Position numbers and translations under genes: made by a program. Positions 62,473 through 64,000 of a stretch of DNA of 64,000 nt are shown here, piece by piece. The notes beneath the pieces were generated by a model that was given only the letters and a program-made list of their open reading frames with translations, did no database searches and had not been told where the DNA came from. The stretch's first letter is position 1. The number at the start of each line of letters is the position of its first letter. This stretch comes from Tubiluchus corallicola (lineage: Eukaryota > Animalia > Priapulida): assembly GCA_030141605.1 (NCBI GenBank), contig JAQGDQ010000067.1, positions 186,001-250,000 on the forward strand. The letters run 5' to 3'.

Positions 62473-64000
62473 TTATACTAATAAATGCAATGATGCAACT
62501 ACACCTAAACAAAAATGGCTACAACTTGACTCATTCACAGGACTAGACTTGTCGGGCAAATATTTCTTAAAGAAACTTACATCTCTAGTTATGTGCTGCC
62601 CATCCCGGGCTGCGCTAATCTCAGTCTCCAGTCTAAAAGTTGTTTTGATTCTAGGATTACTGTAAGTAGGGAACATTCATTGTATCATCTTTACACGTCT
62701 GCAAAAGAATGGCTGATACTCCAACTGGATTTGCATCAGTGAAAATTTCAGTATCTTTCGTTGGATCAAAATAATTCAATGTTGTTTTTTTCACCAAATA
62801 TCTTTCAGCTCTTGGAATGCCGCTTGTTGCTCTGTTTCCTATTTCCACTCAGCACTACCCTATGTTAACAACCTAAGCGGAGTTGTAGTATCCGAATATT
62901 TGGGTATGAATCTAGCACAATAGTTAGTCATACCTAAAATACTGCACATCTGATTCAGTTGGTGGAGCAAGCTTCTCATTAGTTGCTATCTTCACTAGAT
63001 CAGGAGAAACATACCAGCTAAAACCGCAGAATGTTACACTTTTCCTGTTGAAATAGCATTCTCAAGATTCAATGTTAGTCTGTTATCAACCTAACGTTCT
63101 AACAAAAGCTTGTCTTTTATCATGAGCAACTTGGTTAATACCAAAAATAATAATGCATCAGCTGTATTACACACACCAGGTATATCTTAGGACTTAGATT
63201 AACCGTTCAATTATTTTTTGAAACAGTTCTGGCACTGAATGAATTCCACAGATTAATCTTTTAAAACGAAACATGCCCATTCCAAAGTTGCAATGCTGTG
63301 AGATTCAGGGCTCAACTCAATTTGATGAAACCTTTCTTTCATGTCAATGGTCGAGAAAACTTTTGCACCATTTAGAATTTTTAGATCATGAACAAAATCA
63401 TGGATGGTAGTACCAGGATAACATTTTCTAATGACTGCTTTATTCGTTTGGCACCAGACTTGTGATGAGCAAAAACAGCTGGTGAAACAATTAATTTATA
63501 TCTAATGTGAAAAGCACTTGTTGTGGACGCCGCACTACAAGGAAGCACATTAGGATCAATGTGGATCTTGGCTTTGTAATTATTTAATGTAACAACACCG
63601 GCAAATAATTGTGGTTACCGTGTTATTAATTTAACAGATGTGTTCAACCTGTTCATCAGACTTAGACAGAAGACTAATAGCAGTAGCACTAACACTTGCC
63701 ACAGTGTTAGTTACTACCAGCCCCAATGCACGTGCTGTATCATAACATAAATGATTACTAGCACTCTCTGTATCCACTACTATTAACTGTGCTTCTTTCC
63801 GACAATTGTTTCTAAATGGCACCCAAAATTTCCCACAGTTTTCAAGGCAGAACCTTATTGTGCAAAAAATACAAGTTTTACTCTTGCACAACTTAAGCTT
63901 TTCGATGTGTTGGTTAGGCGTCTGTACAATTAAATCAACACCGGTATAGTGTCAACTGGAAATGTAGCAAATTTTCATTTTGCCTTATACCAAACTCATA
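62473..64000 (-). mobile_element. Decayed Ty3/Gypsy pol (protease, RT, RNase H, integrase tail)
   Basis: VDT protease remnant (63631-63891); RFKRLICGIHSVPE RT; YFDPTKDTEIFTDANPVGVSAIL RNase H; ITRDVSFFKK tail. Confidence 0.85.

Noticed and set aside
800-64000. Intact or domesticated retroelement ORF
   Set aside because: All Gypsy, BEL and LINE remnants have multiple stops or frameshifts; the longest listed ORF is 184 aa.

Overview
AT-rich animal (invertebrate-type) genomic DNA, not prokaryotic. Most of the window (about 7.1-52.2 kb, + strand) is an intron-rich gene for a Dbl-family Rho GEF of the MCF2L/DBS type. I traced 20 coding exons by hand with GT/AG boundaries (one donor is probably GC) and consistent phases. 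They sum to 2688 nt (895 aa plus stop) and encode spectrin repeats, DH, PH, an acidic linker and SH3. The expected Sec14 N-terminus lies upstream of the window. The last two coding exons of an unidentified convergent gene lie on the - strand at 56.8-58.9 kb. Introns and flanks are filled with decayed Gypsy and BEL/Pao LTR elements, CR1/L2-type LINE fragments, hAT- and Tc1/pogo-type MITEs, tRNA-like repeats and microsatellites. The most unusual observations are in the GEF gene itself: two tandem duplications that copy splice acceptors (one gives two alternative C-termini), a candidate mutually exclusive exon just before the DH domain, a perfect 103-bp-arm intronic palindrome whose unduplicated relative sits in the putative 3' UTR, a Leu in place of the near-invariant PH-domain Trp, and a likely GC-AG intron. 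I found no complete novel multi-gene system. All family assignments come from recalled motif knowledge, not database searches.
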